Shown here one piece after another: positions 17,523 through 27,016 of a stretch of DNA of 53,595 nt. The stretch spans positions 1 to 53,595 of the IMG/VR virus record IMGVR_UViG_3300040734_000009. One strand, 5' to 3'. Source of the DNA: a virus. Its lineage: Duplodnaviria; Caudoviricetes. The notes beneath the pieces were generated by a model. That model did not search any database. It saw nothing but the letters and a program-made list of their open reading frames with translations, and was not told the origin of the DNA. The first letter of the stretch is position 1. Each line of letters opens with the position of its first letter. Position numbers and translations under genes: made by a program.

Positions 17523-18524
17523 TTATCTTTCTGATCCAATAATCCCGCGATCTTTCATTCGGTCGCGAAGTCCTTCGAAGTAGCCTCCCTTTGCCCTACT
17601 GCCATCGGGAGAATCGGGTGAACCGCCAACTTTCGGAATGCCATCACCTTTCTGATCTTCATCCTTTTCTCTCTCAGCGGTGATCTTCTCATTCCTGCCG
17701 GCTATTCTACCCTCCTCACGGGCATCTTCAATATCTTTTTCGTAGGTCATCGCCCGGCGCATCAGCGTCAGCGTGTCCTTGGTTATCTTCCCGTTGTTGA
17801 AGTCATCGAGAACACCCTGCATCTTTTCAAGGAATTCATCGGTGGCCTTCTCATCGAGTTTGTGTTCCTTCGCAAATGCCTCAAGCTCCTTCTCGGCAGC
17901 TTTGAGATTATTTGCATAGTTCGCCTCGTAGTCCCTGCGCTTCTTGGCCTTGTCTTCCCTCTCGGTCTTGTTCTTGGTCCATCCTTCATAGTCGGGATCT
18001 CCCTCGCTTGGAGTGAAATCCTCGGCAGAGAAGTGTCTTGCTGCTGCTTCGCGGAAGGAAGCTCCGTTCATCATATCACGGACCATCTCTCCCACTGCGG
18101 GTTCTGATTCAAAGAGCGCAAGGAGTTTCTGGTTTGCCACCTTCCCCCTCTCACGGTACCCTTCAAGCTCATTGAGGTGTTCATCAAGAGCTGAATCATA
18201 GTCCTCGGCCTTCTCAAACTTGCGGTTCGGGAATGCCTTGGTCAGCTTCTCATGATACTTGTGAGGCGGTTTCTCCTCTTTCTTCTCCTCCTTCTTTTCG
18301 GGTTCTGCGCCCTCTTCGGGAGTATGATCTTTTTTCTCAGCTTCCTGGCCCTCCGGCTTTACCTTCCCTGCTTCTGCACCATCCTCTCCCTGAGTGTCTT
18401 GTGCCTTAGCTTCGGTGCCGGTAGCTTCGGTTGCTGCTCCCTGTGCCTGGGTACCCTGTGATGAGGATTCTCCCCCTGTGGCTCCGGTGCCGGATGTGCT
18501 ACTGTTACCTGATGATTCTGACAT
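17523..18524 (-). CDS. Capsid scaffolding protein
   Basis: 333 aa; acidic low-complexity N-terminus and coiled coil; directly upstream of the capsid gene. Confidence 0.7.
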   Translation of the reverse strand: MSESSGNSSTSGTGATGGESSSQGTQAQGAATEATGTEAKAQDTQGEDGAEAGKVKPEGQEAEKKDHTPEEGAEPEKKEEKKEEKPPHKYHEKLTKAFPNRKFEKAEDYDSALDEHLNELEGYRERGKVANQKLLALFESEPAVGEMVRDMMNGASFREAAARHFSAEDFTPSEGDPDYEGWTKNKTEREDKAKKRRDYEANYANNLKAAEKELEAFAKEHKLDEKATDEFLEKMQGVLDDFNNGKITKDTLTLMRRAMTYEKDIEDAREEGRIAGRNEKITAEREKDEDQKGDGIPKVGGSPDSPDGSRAKGGYFEGLRDRMKDRGIIGSER

Positions 18525-18528
18525 AACG

Positions 18529-18547
18529 ATACTGCGTTTTGGTTGTA
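18529..18547 (-). promoter_or_regulatory. Operator-like motif, copy 2 (TACAACCAAAACGCAGTAT)
   Basis: Matches the consensus; lies between the promoter and the scaffold start codon. Confidence 0.65.
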
Positions 18548-18557
18548 GTTATACTGC

Positions 18558-18565
18558 CAAATCTA
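18558..18565 (-). promoter_or_regulatory. Bacteroidota -7 promoter element (TAGATTTG) for the scaffold/capsid operon
   Basis: Exact TAnnTTTG 34 nt upstream of the scaffold ATG. Confidence 0.6.
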
Positions 18566-18583
18566 TTTAATGTGTTGAAAAGG

Positions 18584-18605
18584 TTACGGACAATTAGGCC
18601 TGAAG
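18584..18605. repeat. 22-bp element, copy A (TTACGGACAATTAGGCCTGAAG)
   Basis: 19/22 identical to 45306-45327. Confidence 0.75.
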
Positions 18606-18627
18606 TGCGGACAAATTGACCTATATT

Positions 18628-18646
18628 TACGGCATATACGCAGTAT
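18628..18646 (+). promoter_or_regulatory. Operator-like motif, copy 3 (TACGGCATATACGCAGTAT)
   Basis: Imperfect palindrome ending 2 nt before the ATG at 18648. Confidence 0.7.
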
Positions 18647-18647
18647 A

Positions 18648-18845
18648 ATGGAAACACCCGGGGAAAATACCATTGAGAGACGGCGAAAGATCTATCAGGA
18701 ATACGAAAGAGTCTTAGCTGAAATGGGGCCCGAAAGGGCAACTGAAACACTGAAGAAAAAAATTTACTCTAAAGTTGCTGATAATCTTGGCTATGCGCCG
18801 GATTTTGTACGGAAGGTAGTCGCATACTTCTTGAAGAATAAATGA
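18648..18845 (+). CDS. Small HTH-like protein upstream of terminase
   Basis: 65 aa; IYSKVADNLGYAPDFVRKVV helix-turn-helix pattern; ATGA overlap with terminase. Confidence 0.65.
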   Translation: METPGENTIERRRKIYQEYERVLAEMGPERATETLKKKIYSKVADNLGYAPDFVRKVVAYFLKNK

Positions 18846-20848
18846 ACGCGACCGATATTAATAGAATAATCAGGGAGAATACAACCCGGAGAAAGGCCCT
18901 CTTTGCCCCTTATAATCCAATTACGGGGCTTGGCTCTCCAATCGAAAGAGAACTAATTGAATTCTCTGTTGAAGGCACTGAGCTCCAGTGGGGTATACCA
19001 AAGAACATGTATAATGATAATGAAGCCCTGATAGATTCTATTGTTCGCAACCACAAACTTGAAACGGTTCTCTCCCGTAGCGGAATAGCTGTTGATCTAA
19101 ACTCTCTTGATTTATTCCTCCGCGACCTAATCAATCAGCGGTTCCGTTATGACTTTGAGTTCTGGGCCGCTACGGCTGCCAGGATACAGGATAAAAAGAC
19201 AAAACAGATTGTTCCGTTCATCCTGAATCAGCCACAAAGAAAGGTATTGGCTGTGCTTATGGCCATGTTGATCGCTGGAGTGCCTATCAGGATCATCATT
19301 GACAAGGCACGGCAGTGGGGAGGGTCAACCCTTGTTCAGATCTTCATGGCCTGGATCCAGCTTATTCACAATACAAGGTGGCACTCATGTATCGTCACCG
19401 ATGTGGAAGAACAGGCCCGTAATATCCGCGCGATGTATTCAAGGCTTATCGGCAACTATCCTAAGACCCTTGGAGGATTTGAGCTGGCTCCCTTGGAAGG
19501 ATCAAACAAAAACCGTAGGATAGTCGAACGGGATTGTTCAATCATAATTGGCTCTTCTCAGAAGCCTGACAGTCTTAGGACCTTTGACCTTGCTATGGCG
19601 CACCTTTCAGAGGTGAGTTTTTGGAGGACTACTGAGCTTCGTAGTGCAGAGGACCTTGCTCAGAGTGTCCGAGCTGGGGTTACACAGGTACCATTCTCTC
19701 TCGTTGCCCTTGAGTCAACCGCCAAGGGTGTTGGGAACTTTTTTCACAGGGAGTGGATGACCGCTATTGATGGGAAGAGCGCCTATGCACCTGTGTTTAT
19801 CCCATGGTTTGAGATTGAGATGTACCAGAAGGATATAACGGAGGCTGATCTGCCAGCATTCATCAAGTGGATGGACTCTGAACATTATGCCTCCTACCTG
19901 TGGTCCCTGGGGGCTACTCTTGAGGGAATAAGGTGGTATTTCGATTTTCGCCAGGGGGAAAACTATGACGAGTGGCGAATGAAGAGTGAATATCCTTCAA
20001 CCTGGGAAGAGTCATTTCAGGCCACCGGTGCAAGGGTATTCTCCCCGGCCTATGTCAACAAGGCACGCCGGCATAAGATGGCACCGGAGTTTGTGGGTGA
20101 CATTCGTGGCAGGGAACAGAGAGGTAATGGTGCCCTTGAGGATATTGAGTTGATTGAATCCCACCGTGGCAACCTATTCATATGGATGTTCCCTGACACT
20201 GAAGAGCCGGTTTCCGACAGGTACGTGGTATCAATGGATATCGGGGGACGTACACCGAAAGCAGACTATACGGTATTGAGAGTTTTTGATCGTTACCCTA
20301 TTATGGATGGAGGAGTGACTGAGGCGATTGCTACATGGCACGGACACATTGATCAGGACCTTGCGGCCTGGAAAGCAGTGCAACTCGCGAAGTTTTACAA
20401 CAACGCATTATTCATCCCTGAATCCAATACCTATGACAAGAAGAGTGTGCTGGCTGAAGGTGATCACTTCCTGACTATCCTTGATGAGGTTGTAAAATAC
20501 TATTCGAACATCTATGCCAGGACTGATCCAGAGAAGATCAGGCAGGGAATCCCGATTAAATATGGGTTCCACTCCAATGCGTCAAGCAAACCGATGGTCA
20601 TTAACTTCCTTAATGGAGCACTGCGCGATGACTTATACTATGAACGAGATGAGAGGGTTTGCTCTGAACTTGACACATATGAGATTAAGGCAGATGGCTC
20701 GTATGGTGCCGTTGAAGGATGCCATGATGACCTGGTGATGGCAACCGCAATAGGCCTATGGGCTTGTCTTAAACACCTTCCATCTCCAAAGATCATTAGG
20801 CCGTCTGTCAGGCGGAGGACGGGGAGAATAACCGAAGCTACGATATGA
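18842..20848 (+). CDS. terL: Terminase large subunit
   Basis: KARQWGGST (Walker A), AHLSEV (Walker B), ESTAKG, nuclease motifs MDIGG and HDDLVM. Confidence 0.93.
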   Translation: MNATDINRIIRENTTRRKALFAPYNPITGLGSPIERELIEFSVEGTELQWGIPKNMYNDNEALIDSIVRNHKLETVLSRSGIAVDLNSLDLFLRDLINQRFRYDFEFWAATAARIQDKKTKQIVPFILNQPQRKVLAVLMAMLIAGVPIRIIIDKARQWGGSTLVQIFMAWIQLIHNTRWHSCIVTDVEEQARNIRAMYSRLIGNYPKTLGGFELAPLEGSNKNRRIVERDCSIIIGSSQKPDSLRTFDLAMAHLSEVSFWRTTELRSAEDLAQSVRAGVTQVPFSLVALESTAKGVGNFFHREWMTAIDGKSAYAPVFIPWFEIEMYQKDITEADLPAFIKWMDSEHYASYLWSLGATLEGIRWYFDFRQGENYDEWRMKSEYPSTWEESFQATGARVFSPAYVNKARRHKMAPEFVGDIRGREQRGNGALEDIELIESHRGNLFIWMFPDTEEPVSDRYVVSMDIGGRTPKADYTVLRVFDRYPIMDGGVTEAIATWHGHIDQDLAAWKAVQLAKFYNNALFIPESNTYDKKSVLAEGDHFLTILDEVVKYYSNIYARTDPEKIRQGIPIKYGFHSNASSKPMVINFLNGALRDDLYYERDERVCSELDTYEIKADGSYGAVEGCHDDLVMATAIGLWACLKHLPSPKIIRPSVRRRTGRITEATI

Positions 20849-20855
20849 GCGGATT

Positions 20856-22151
20856 ATGATGTCGTTAGTTGACCATATAAAACTTATTAATGATGACTGT
20901 CTTATAGCAATGAGGCAACTGGAAGACAATTCTATTGATAGCATTGTTACTGACCCGCCCTATGGCATATCGTTTATGGGCAAGCATTGGGATTACGATG
21001 TGCCGTCTGTGGAGATATGGAAGGAGGCGCTAAGGGTGCTGAAACCGGGTGGGCATATTCTATGTGCTTGTGGCACGAGAACGCAGCATAGAATGGCGGT
21101 TAATATTGAGGATGCGGGCTTCGAGATACGAGATATAGTTGGTTGGGTGTACGGCTCGGGCTTCCCCAAGAGTCTCAATATAGGCAAGGCGGTGGATAAG
21201 TTAACGGGAGGAGAGCGTAGCGTTATCGGCATCAAAACAAGACACGGGGGCGGGGTTAAAAGCGAGAAGATATCTCAAATAAATCCATCATGGAAGGAAA
21301 CTCCGTTGACGGCGGGTACCTCCGAATGGGAGGGATGGGGTACTGCCCTGAAACCCGCAATGGAGCTATGGACGCTTGCCCGAAAGCCGCTATCCGAAAA
21401 GAGTGTTGCCGAGAACGTGTTGAAACACGGCACGGGCGGGATAAATATTGACGAGTGTAGAATAGCTACTGCCGATAATTGCGGAAGGGAACAAAAAGAT
21501 GGGCCACTACCGCCCAAATATGGTTTTAATAATAATCACATGGGGAATAGATTTCAAGAGGGTTCTCCTCTTGGCCGTTTCCCGGCGAATTTTATCCATG
21601 ATGGCAGTGACGAGGTGACGGGGCGGTTCCCGAATGGCGGTGCTGCCGCACTCGTATCTCGTGGTATGAATGGCAAGAGCAGGGGCATTTATAGTGACTT
21701 CGCTGAAAAGGGTGACGATGGAGCGTCCTTCTATGGCGATAGTGGCTCTGCCGCCCGATTCTTCTATTGCGCTAAAGCGAGTAAGAGCGAGAGGGATAGG
21801 GGGCTGCAAGAGTTTGAGGACAAACTTAAACTTACGCAGATGCGTGGGGCTAACGGCACGGGAGAAAAGAACTTCGAGGGTGGCTTCCGAGACCAAGTGA
21901 TGAAAAACACGCATCCTACCGTAAAGCCCGTTGCCCTCATGCGTTATCTCTGCCGACTGACAACCCCAAAGGGTGGTACGGTCTTAGACCCGTTTATGGG
22001 TAGCGGAAGTACGGGGATAGGAGCAAAAGTCGAAGGCTTCTCTTTTATCGGGATAGAAAGAGAGAAAGAATATTTTGAGATAGCCCAAGCAAGAATAGCT
22101 GCATGGATGGAAGAAAAGCCCGTGATGGATACACAGCAAAAACTATTCTAA
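20856..22151 (+). CDS. DNA N6-adenine/N4-cytosine methyltransferase (beta-class order)
   Basis: TDPPY, HPTVKP and LDPFMGSGSTG motifs. Confidence 0.93.
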   Translation: MMSLVDHIKLINDDCLIAMRQLEDNSIDSIVTDPPYGISFMGKHWDYDVPSVEIWKEALRVLKPGGHILCACGTRTQHRMAVNIEDAGFEIRDIVGWVYGSGFPKSLNIGKAVDKLTGGERSVIGIKTRHGGGVKSEKISQINPSWKETPLTAGTSEWEGWGTALKPAMELWTLARKPLSEKSVAENVLKHGTGGINIDECRIATADNCGREQKDGPLPPKYGFNNNHMGNRFQEGSPLGRFPANFIHDGSDEVTGRFPNGGAAALVSRGMNGKSRGIYSDFAEKGDDGASFYGDSGSAARFFYCAKASKSERDRGLQEFEDKLKLTQMRGANGTGEKNFEGGFRDQVMKNTHPTVKPVALMRYLCRLTTPKGGTVLDPFMGSGSTGIGAKVEGFSFIGIEREKEYFEIAQARIAAWMEEKPVMDTQQKLF

Positions 22152-22396
22152 TGATACTCAAAGACCAGATACAAGCATACCTCGAGAAGAAGTACAGCAA
22201 AACCCGCTGGCCTAATGTGTACCTGTCAGAGATCATGAGAGAGTTCGGGCCGGAGGCTACAAATGCACTCAATGACCTGGCTGCCGAGGGAATTGTTCGC
22301 CCCGGGAAGGGAATCAATGGCATGTTAGTGATATACACTGAGGATCAGGAGGAGATAGAACTTAATAAGAAGCAATTCGCAAAAAAACAGTCATGA
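22152..22396 (+). CDS. Small hypothetical protein (winged-helix-like)
   Basis: ORF track start is 22103; the ATG at 22152 abuts the MTase stop and is more plausible. Confidence 0.55.
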
Positions 22397-22815
22397 ACTA
22401 CTTACAGGATTTTATAACAAGAGTTAAAGCCGATTGGCAGGAATGGACTCTCTATCAGAAGATAGCATGGGTGGAGAGATTCAAGCAGCGCAGGGCTAAG
22501 AGAGATGTCCTCCGGGACCAAAAGATGATTGATGCTGCACTTGAGCGGGCCCGGATCAAGAATGCCAAGAACAATATGACCTACTACATCATGAAGGATA
22601 AGTGGGGTGGCATCAATGAGATCAATAAGTATGAGCTTGATATGCTCGTCCGTAGAAAGGTATTCCCGAAGATGAACTACATGCAGAGGCTACAGAACTC
22701 AATAGCCATCGTGACAAGCAATCAATACAAGCAGAAGGACTTTAATCGCATTCAGGCAAACAAGAATAAAAAACAGAACAATGAACAACCACACAATGCA
22801 GAAGATCGCCGATAA
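22393..22815 (+). CDS. Hypothetical protein
   Basis: 140-aa basic ORF coupled to its neighbours. Confidence 0.6.
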   Translation: MNYLQDFITRVKADWQEWTLYQKIAWVERFKQRRAKRDVLRDQKMIDAALERARIKNAKNNMTYYIMKDKWGGINEINKYELDMLVRRKVFPKMNYMQRLQNSIAIVTSNQYKQKDFNRIQANKNKKQNNEQPHNAEDRR

Positions 22816-23368
22816 GGTGCTCTTCCAGATGGAAGTTGAGAAACTCATGAATGCCGAGGTTGGAAAGATTCTCGACATCAATCCGGCATATCTCAGTATA
22901 ATCAAAAAGCCGGAGCAGTTTGGGAAATGCCCGATGAAGGCATGGAGAAAGATGCATATTTGGTACCACTCTGGCAGCCCCTTAAAAGGCTATGATCCTA
23001 CCAAGGCCCCAGAGGTACCGGATGTCAATCCCGGAGAAGAAGAATCAGGAACAATCCCTGAGATCAGAAGGTCGGCACCTCCTAAAACAGAGCCGGCACC
23101 AACAGGGCAACCCGAATCACCTGCAGCACCAACGCCAATTCCGGAGTTTAAGCATACTCATGCAGGGCCCGGAATGACCATTGATGCCAGCACCAGGAAG
23201 GTTGTGCTTAATGCTAAGAATCCCAAGACCAAGCGCGGTCCCAAGGTTAAAGATGAAGGGAAGCCGGGCAAGAATGACAAAGGCAAGCCCTCGCAGGAAG
23301 AGATCGAGCGTGTTCTCGCAACACTTGATATTGAAATCACAATCAAACTTAAAAGCAAACAGGACTAA
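22781..23368 (+). CDS. Putative DNA-binding protein (N-terminal HTH, Pro-rich linker)
   Basis: NAEVGKILDINPAYLSII HTH-like pattern. Confidence 0.55.
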   Translation: MNNHTMQKIADKVLFQMEVEKLMNAEVGKILDINPAYLSIIKKPEQFGKCPMKAWRKMHIWYHSGSPLKGYDPTKAPEVPDVNPGEEESGTIPEIRRSAPPKTEPAPTGQPESPAAPTPIPEFKHTHAGPGMTIDASTRKVVLNAKNPKTKRGPKVKDEGKPGKNDKGKPSQEEIERVLATLDIEITIKLKSKQD

Positions 23369-23721
23369 TGGGAAACTTAAAGAACACGGTCCGTCTCAAT
23401 GGTAATCTGGGACAGGACCCCCAGGTGAAATACCTTGACAATGGCCGGGCAAAGGCTGAATTCTCTATTGCTGTCAATGAGAACTATACGGATAAGACCA
23501 CACGGGAGAAGAAACAGCATACCGAGTGGGTGAACCTCGTCGCCTGGGACAAGGTAGCTGAGAACGTGGAGAAGCTACTCCGGAAGGGATCGAAAGTGTC
23601 TATTGACGGTAAGCTCCGCTCTGAGTCATGGCAGGACAAGGACGGCAAGACCAAGTACAAGACCTATGTTCTCCTGGATGAGTTTTCACTTGAAGGCGCA
23701 GGACCGGGACAGGGGGAGTAA
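23368..23721 (+). CDS. ssb: Single-stranded DNA-binding protein
   Basis: N.V.L.GNLGQDP, TEW.N.VAW, KGSKV.I.GKL and W.DKDG OB-fold motifs. Confidence 0.92.
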   Translation: MGNLKNTVRLNGNLGQDPQVKYLDNGRAKAEFSIAVNENYTDKTTREKKQHTEWVNLVAWDKVAENVEKLLRKGSKVSIDGKLRSESWQDKDGKTKYKTYVLLDEFSLEGAGPGQGE

Positions 23722-23724
23722 GCT

Positions 23725-23895
23725 ATGAAAAAACTTGCAATCATCATGGTAGTCCTACTACTCACATCTTGCATGGGAGAACAGGGGAATGTCCCACTTA
23801 AAGATCTCACGGCATCAGGATGGCTCGATTTCATCACCTGTATCGCAATCATCATCCTGGTTGTTGCTTATCTACTGAGAAAGGACAAAGATTAA
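23725..23895 (+). CDS. 56-aa lipoprotein with C-terminal TM helix (absent from the ORF track)
   Basis: Hand translation: MKKLAIIMVVLLLTSCMGEQGNVPLKDLTASGWLDFITCIAIIILVVAYLLRKDKD; fills the gap between ssb and the next gene exactly. Confidence 0.7.
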   Translation: MKKLAIIMVVLLLTSCMGEQGNVPLKDLTASGWLDFITCIAIIILVVAYLLRKDKD

Positions 23896-23896
23896 G

Positions 23897-24319
23897 ATGG
23901 ACTTCGCAGTGATCCGAAACAACCGTCAGAGGGATGCGCTTATAGCTCATCTCCAGGAGAGACGATTGCCCTTTAATGCGGCACTGCAAGATATTTATCC
24001 TGTCCGATCCATTGACTTCAATGCATACCTGTGGGGAGTGATATACTATGAAATCGCACAGGCAACCGGGCATACCCGAGAGGAGGTTCATGAAGCCTGC
24101 AAGCGCAGGTATAACTTCCGGCATGACTTCAAATACAATAAAAAGACCGGCAAGTGGAAGCTGGTATCGAAGGTGGATTCAACCACGGCAATGATGACCA
24201 AGGAGATCATTGAGTATGCTATGAGGATCCGTGCTGATGCTGAGATCGAATTGCATTTGACCATCGCCATGCCCAACGAGGCTTTTGTTCCGGAGTTGGC
24301 ATTTGAGACTGAACTATGA
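23897..24319 (+). CDS. NinB/YbcN-like recombination-associated protein
   Basis: RS...NAYLWG...EIA..TG..REEVHE..K and ST..M...E patterns. Confidence 0.65.
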   Translation: MDFAVIRNNRQRDALIAHLQERRLPFNAALQDIYPVRSIDFNAYLWGVIYYEIAQATGHTREEVHEACKRRYNFRHDFKYNKKTGKWKLVSKVDSTTAMMTKEIIEYAMRIRADAEIELHLTIAMPNEAFVPELAFETEL

Positions 24320-24513
24320 TGATAATGGGAACAGATGGATACAAGAGGCTGACAAAGGCTCTTGAACGGTATCAAAGAAAGCAGAACAAGAAGGCAAAAA
24401 AGAAGCCTTCTATTGATCCGCGATTTAAGTCAATGACCTATCCTTCAACGGACGGTTCGCCGATGACTATATACTATATTCCGATGCCGCTACTTGATGA
24501 TACGAAGAAATGA
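24316..24513 (+). CDS. Hypothetical protein
   Basis: 65 aa; 4-nt overlaps on both sides. Confidence 0.5.
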   Translation: MMIMGTDGYKRLTKALERYQRKQNKKAKKKPSIDPRFKSMTYPSTDGSPMTIYYIPMPLLDDTKK

Positions 24514-24701
24514 CCTACCACATCATACCCCTGGGAGAGAAGGACCTGCATGAGGACAATACCGAGTGTGTATGTAAACCCCATGTCTCAATAGAGAGAG
24601 AGCACATCTTTATTCGTCATTGGTCGCTTCTGATACCTGAAAAAGAGGAGGAGGAATGGAGCGGCGTGGTCTCATTGGACTTATCAAAATCAAAGAACTG
24701 A
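24510..24701 (+). CDS. Small His/Cys protein
   Basis: HIIP..E.DLH....C.C.P......H pattern recalled from small phage proteins. Confidence 0.55.
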   Translation: MTYHIIPLGEKDLHEDNTECVCKPHVSIEREHIFIRHWSLLIPEKEEEEWSGVVSLDLSKSKN

Positions 24702-24702
24702 C

Positions 24703-25194
24703 ATGAAAAAGTACGGCTCATATATAAAGGACATCACCCTTGATGTGTTTGAGGTAGATATCCATATTATAATCACTCAGGATCCAAATTACTTCGTAGA
24801 GGCAGAAGGTTTGTCGGGATGGTGCAAGAATGACCCTGACGATAATCTCATGCACTACACAGATGCCCTGACCTTCCGGGTGAGGATGTCAGACTACTAT
24901 ATTCTGCTCTCTCCGAATGCTACACCTGGTATCATGGCTCATGAATGTATTCACACCATCGGCAGCATCTTCTTTGACCGGGGAGTGAAGGCAAGCTATG
25001 AATGCACAGAGAATCTTGCCTATCATGTAGGATGGCTCACAGACATTGCAGCAAAAGCACTTAACGAATACCTTAAACCACATGAACGAAAAAAGAGAGT
25101 TCGTAGGAACAGTGATCTCCGGGGGACCGGTGACAACACAGAAAGCCCGGGAGGCGGGGATAATAAAGAAAAGCAAGGTGACGGACAAGCCTGA
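24703..25194 (+). CDS. Putative zinc metallopeptidase-like protein
   Basis: AHECIH (HExxH) with downstream E.LAY. Confidence 0.65.
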   Translation: MKKYGSYIKDITLDVFEVDIHIIITQDPNYFVEAEGLSGWCKNDPDDNLMHYTDALTFRVRMSDYYILLSPNATPGIMAHECIHTIGSIFFDRGVKASYECTENLAYHVGWLTDIAAKALNEYLKPHERKKRVRRNSDLRGTGDNTESPGGGDNKEKQGDGQA

Positions 25195-25220
25195 AGAGAA
25201 ACCAATAAAAACTGATAACA

Positions 25221-26066
25221 ATGGCGGAACCAATGTTTAATGTAGGAGACAAGGTGTACATTATCTCGGATGATGTGCCGAGAATCTACACAATCACTTC
25301 GCGTAATCTCGACCAGTACTTGCAATGGGTATATAATATCTATTCCAAGAAGGGAGACTACACATCCCAAGGTTTTAATGTTCCACAATTAGATCTTACA
25401 CATGCAATTATTCATAAACAAAACAATACTATGGTAACAACAGATTTTGCTTATGCCTTAAAGGCACTCAAGGGGGGCCGCAAGGTCTATCGTGAAGGAT
25501 GGAACGGAAAAGGAATGTGGCTCGCTTATGTAAAAGAGAACGAAGCCCTATCGCATGTTGGTGATTCATGGGATCATGCTCCATGGATCGGTATGAAAAC
25601 CGCGGATGGCAAGTTCGTCCCCTGGCTGGCATCACAGACTGACATGCTCGCTACCGATTGGTGCATCATGGGAGAAGAGAAAGAGGAGAAAAAGGATGAT
25701 AGGATACCGGTGCCGGAGAATATCAAGTTCTTTACTAATGGTGACTTATTCTTTTTGATATCTCCAAACGGAAAGATTGGAGTAAGATCTATAAAGGGGC
25801 TACCACGACTACTCCCGGCATATGAATGGCCGCAAGAGAATTATACCGGTAAAGCCTTTCTCGTTCCATGCAAGCGAAGCGATATGAAGCCGGGGGATAT
25901 AGGATTCTATTCTTACGGGTACGACCTCAATCTTGAAATTGAAAAGGTTGGTCACTACTGTGTCATCTTAGATGAAACAGATCATGCACGATGGGACAGA
26001 GAAATGGACATGCTATTATGCCATAATTCAATGAAAAACACCTGGTACAAGGTAATCTTCAAATGA
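25221..26066 (+). CDS. Multi-domain protein with a central DUF2829 (Tad2-like) domain
   Basis: F..AL.ALK.G.KV.R.GWNGKGMW and MKTADGKFVPWLASQTDMLA.DW motifs. Confidence 0.85.
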   Translation: MAEPMFNVGDKVYIISDDVPRIYTITSRNLDQYLQWVYNIYSKKGDYTSQGFNVPQLDLTHAIIHKQNNTMVTTDFAYALKALKGGRKVYREGWNGKGMWLAYVKENEALSHVGDSWDHAPWIGMKTADGKFVPWLASQTDMLATDWCIMGEEKEEKKDDRIPVPENIKFFTNGDLFFLISPNGKIGVRSIKGLPRLLPAYEWPQENYTGKAFLVPCKRSDMKPGDIGFYSYGYDLNLEIEKVGHYCVILDETDHARWDREMDMLLCHNSMKNTWYKVIFK

Positions 26067-26188
26067 CCCTCTTCACCCTCATAGTGATCTTTGCCTACCT
26101 GGGAGCCATAGTTGACGGAGCTCTCAGGTTAGGCAGGTTCATGAAAGAGGTGGAGGACGATGCAATGAAATCCTTAAAGAAAAAGTGA
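26063..26188 (+). CDS. 41-aa single-TM protein (absent from the ORF track)
   Basis: MTLFTLIVIFAYLGAIVDGALRLGRFMKEVEDDAMKSLKKK; ATGA-coupled and fills the gap. Confidence 0.55.
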   Translation: MTLFTLIVIFAYLGAIVDGALRLGRFMKEVEDDAMKSLKKK

Positions 26189-26189
26189 A

Positions 26190-26579
26190 ATGGAAAACGT
26201 AAAACTAACACCGGAGGTAAAAGATTTCCTCCAAAATCAAGGGACTGTTGTTACGGACCCGGATGGCAAGCGCTTTCTGGGCCTTACCGGATGGTTTGAG
26301 GAGGTTGACGAGAAGGAAAGACTATTCAAGTTCCATGAGGAGCATAGCCTCCCGTCAATTATCCTGGAATACATGGCCGGCGACAATGTAAAGAGAGTGC
26401 TGACACTGCCCGTTGAGTCAATACCCGATGGGTATACTATTCAGGACTTAACTGACATATGGAAGCGAGGAGAGTCTATACCGGTAAAAGGTACCGCTTT
26501 GCCGAGAATATTATTGTTTGATCAGAAGGACCGATTTCTGAGATCTGAAGGTACAACCTGTCATCCTGTAAGGTCATAA
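26190..26579 (+). CDS. Hypothetical protein
   Basis: 129-aa ORF in the operon. Confidence 0.6.
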   Translation: MENVKLTPEVKDFLQNQGTVVTDPDGKRFLGLTGWFEEVDEKERLFKFHEEHSLPSIILEYMAGDNVKRVLTLPVESIPDGYTIQDLTDIWKRGESIPVKGTALPRILLFDQKDRFLRSEGTTCHPVRS

Positions 26580-26626
26580 AACTGCTAATCATCCTCATCG
26601 TACTATGGGCCCTCGCGCTCATCGTA

Positions 26627-27016
26627 GTGGTCTATGCTGCCATCCGGTTAATCTGTCTCTCCCGTAAGATGGAAAAAATCATCAAGGAGTACCAGGAGCC
26701 GGAGGCAGAGACCACCGAGGAAAGGATAATGAAGGAGTTCGGGGCTGATGACCCGATGTTTCAGCTGTTACAGAAAGAGATTGCCCCGAAAATGAGCAAC
26801 AAGCAGTTCCGCAAGATGATGGAAGAGGGTATGCGGGCTCATGAAGCGAGCCTTCAGCACCATATTGAGAATGCAGAGGAGGCTTTCGTTATGCACCTGG
26901 CCGGAGAGGAATCTTTAAATGTTTCCAAACCTCGCCTTAATCCTCCGAATTTCCCGGCACCGGGTGATAGTACCTTACCCAAATCATCCTCTCAGTGCAC
27001 CCCGAAGTCCAACTGA
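26627..27016 (+). CDS. Hypothetical protein; the frame extends upstream to ATA at 26576 with a TM helix
   Basis: Upstream in-frame codons give IKLLIILIVLWALALIVVV; start codon uncertain. Confidence 0.5.
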   Translation: MVYAAIRLICLSRKMEKIIKEYQEPEAETTEERIMKEFGADDPMFQLLQKEIAPKMSNKQFRKMMEEGMRAHEASLQHHIENAEEAFVMHLAGEESLNVSKPRLNPPNFPAPGDSTLPKSSSQCTPKSN

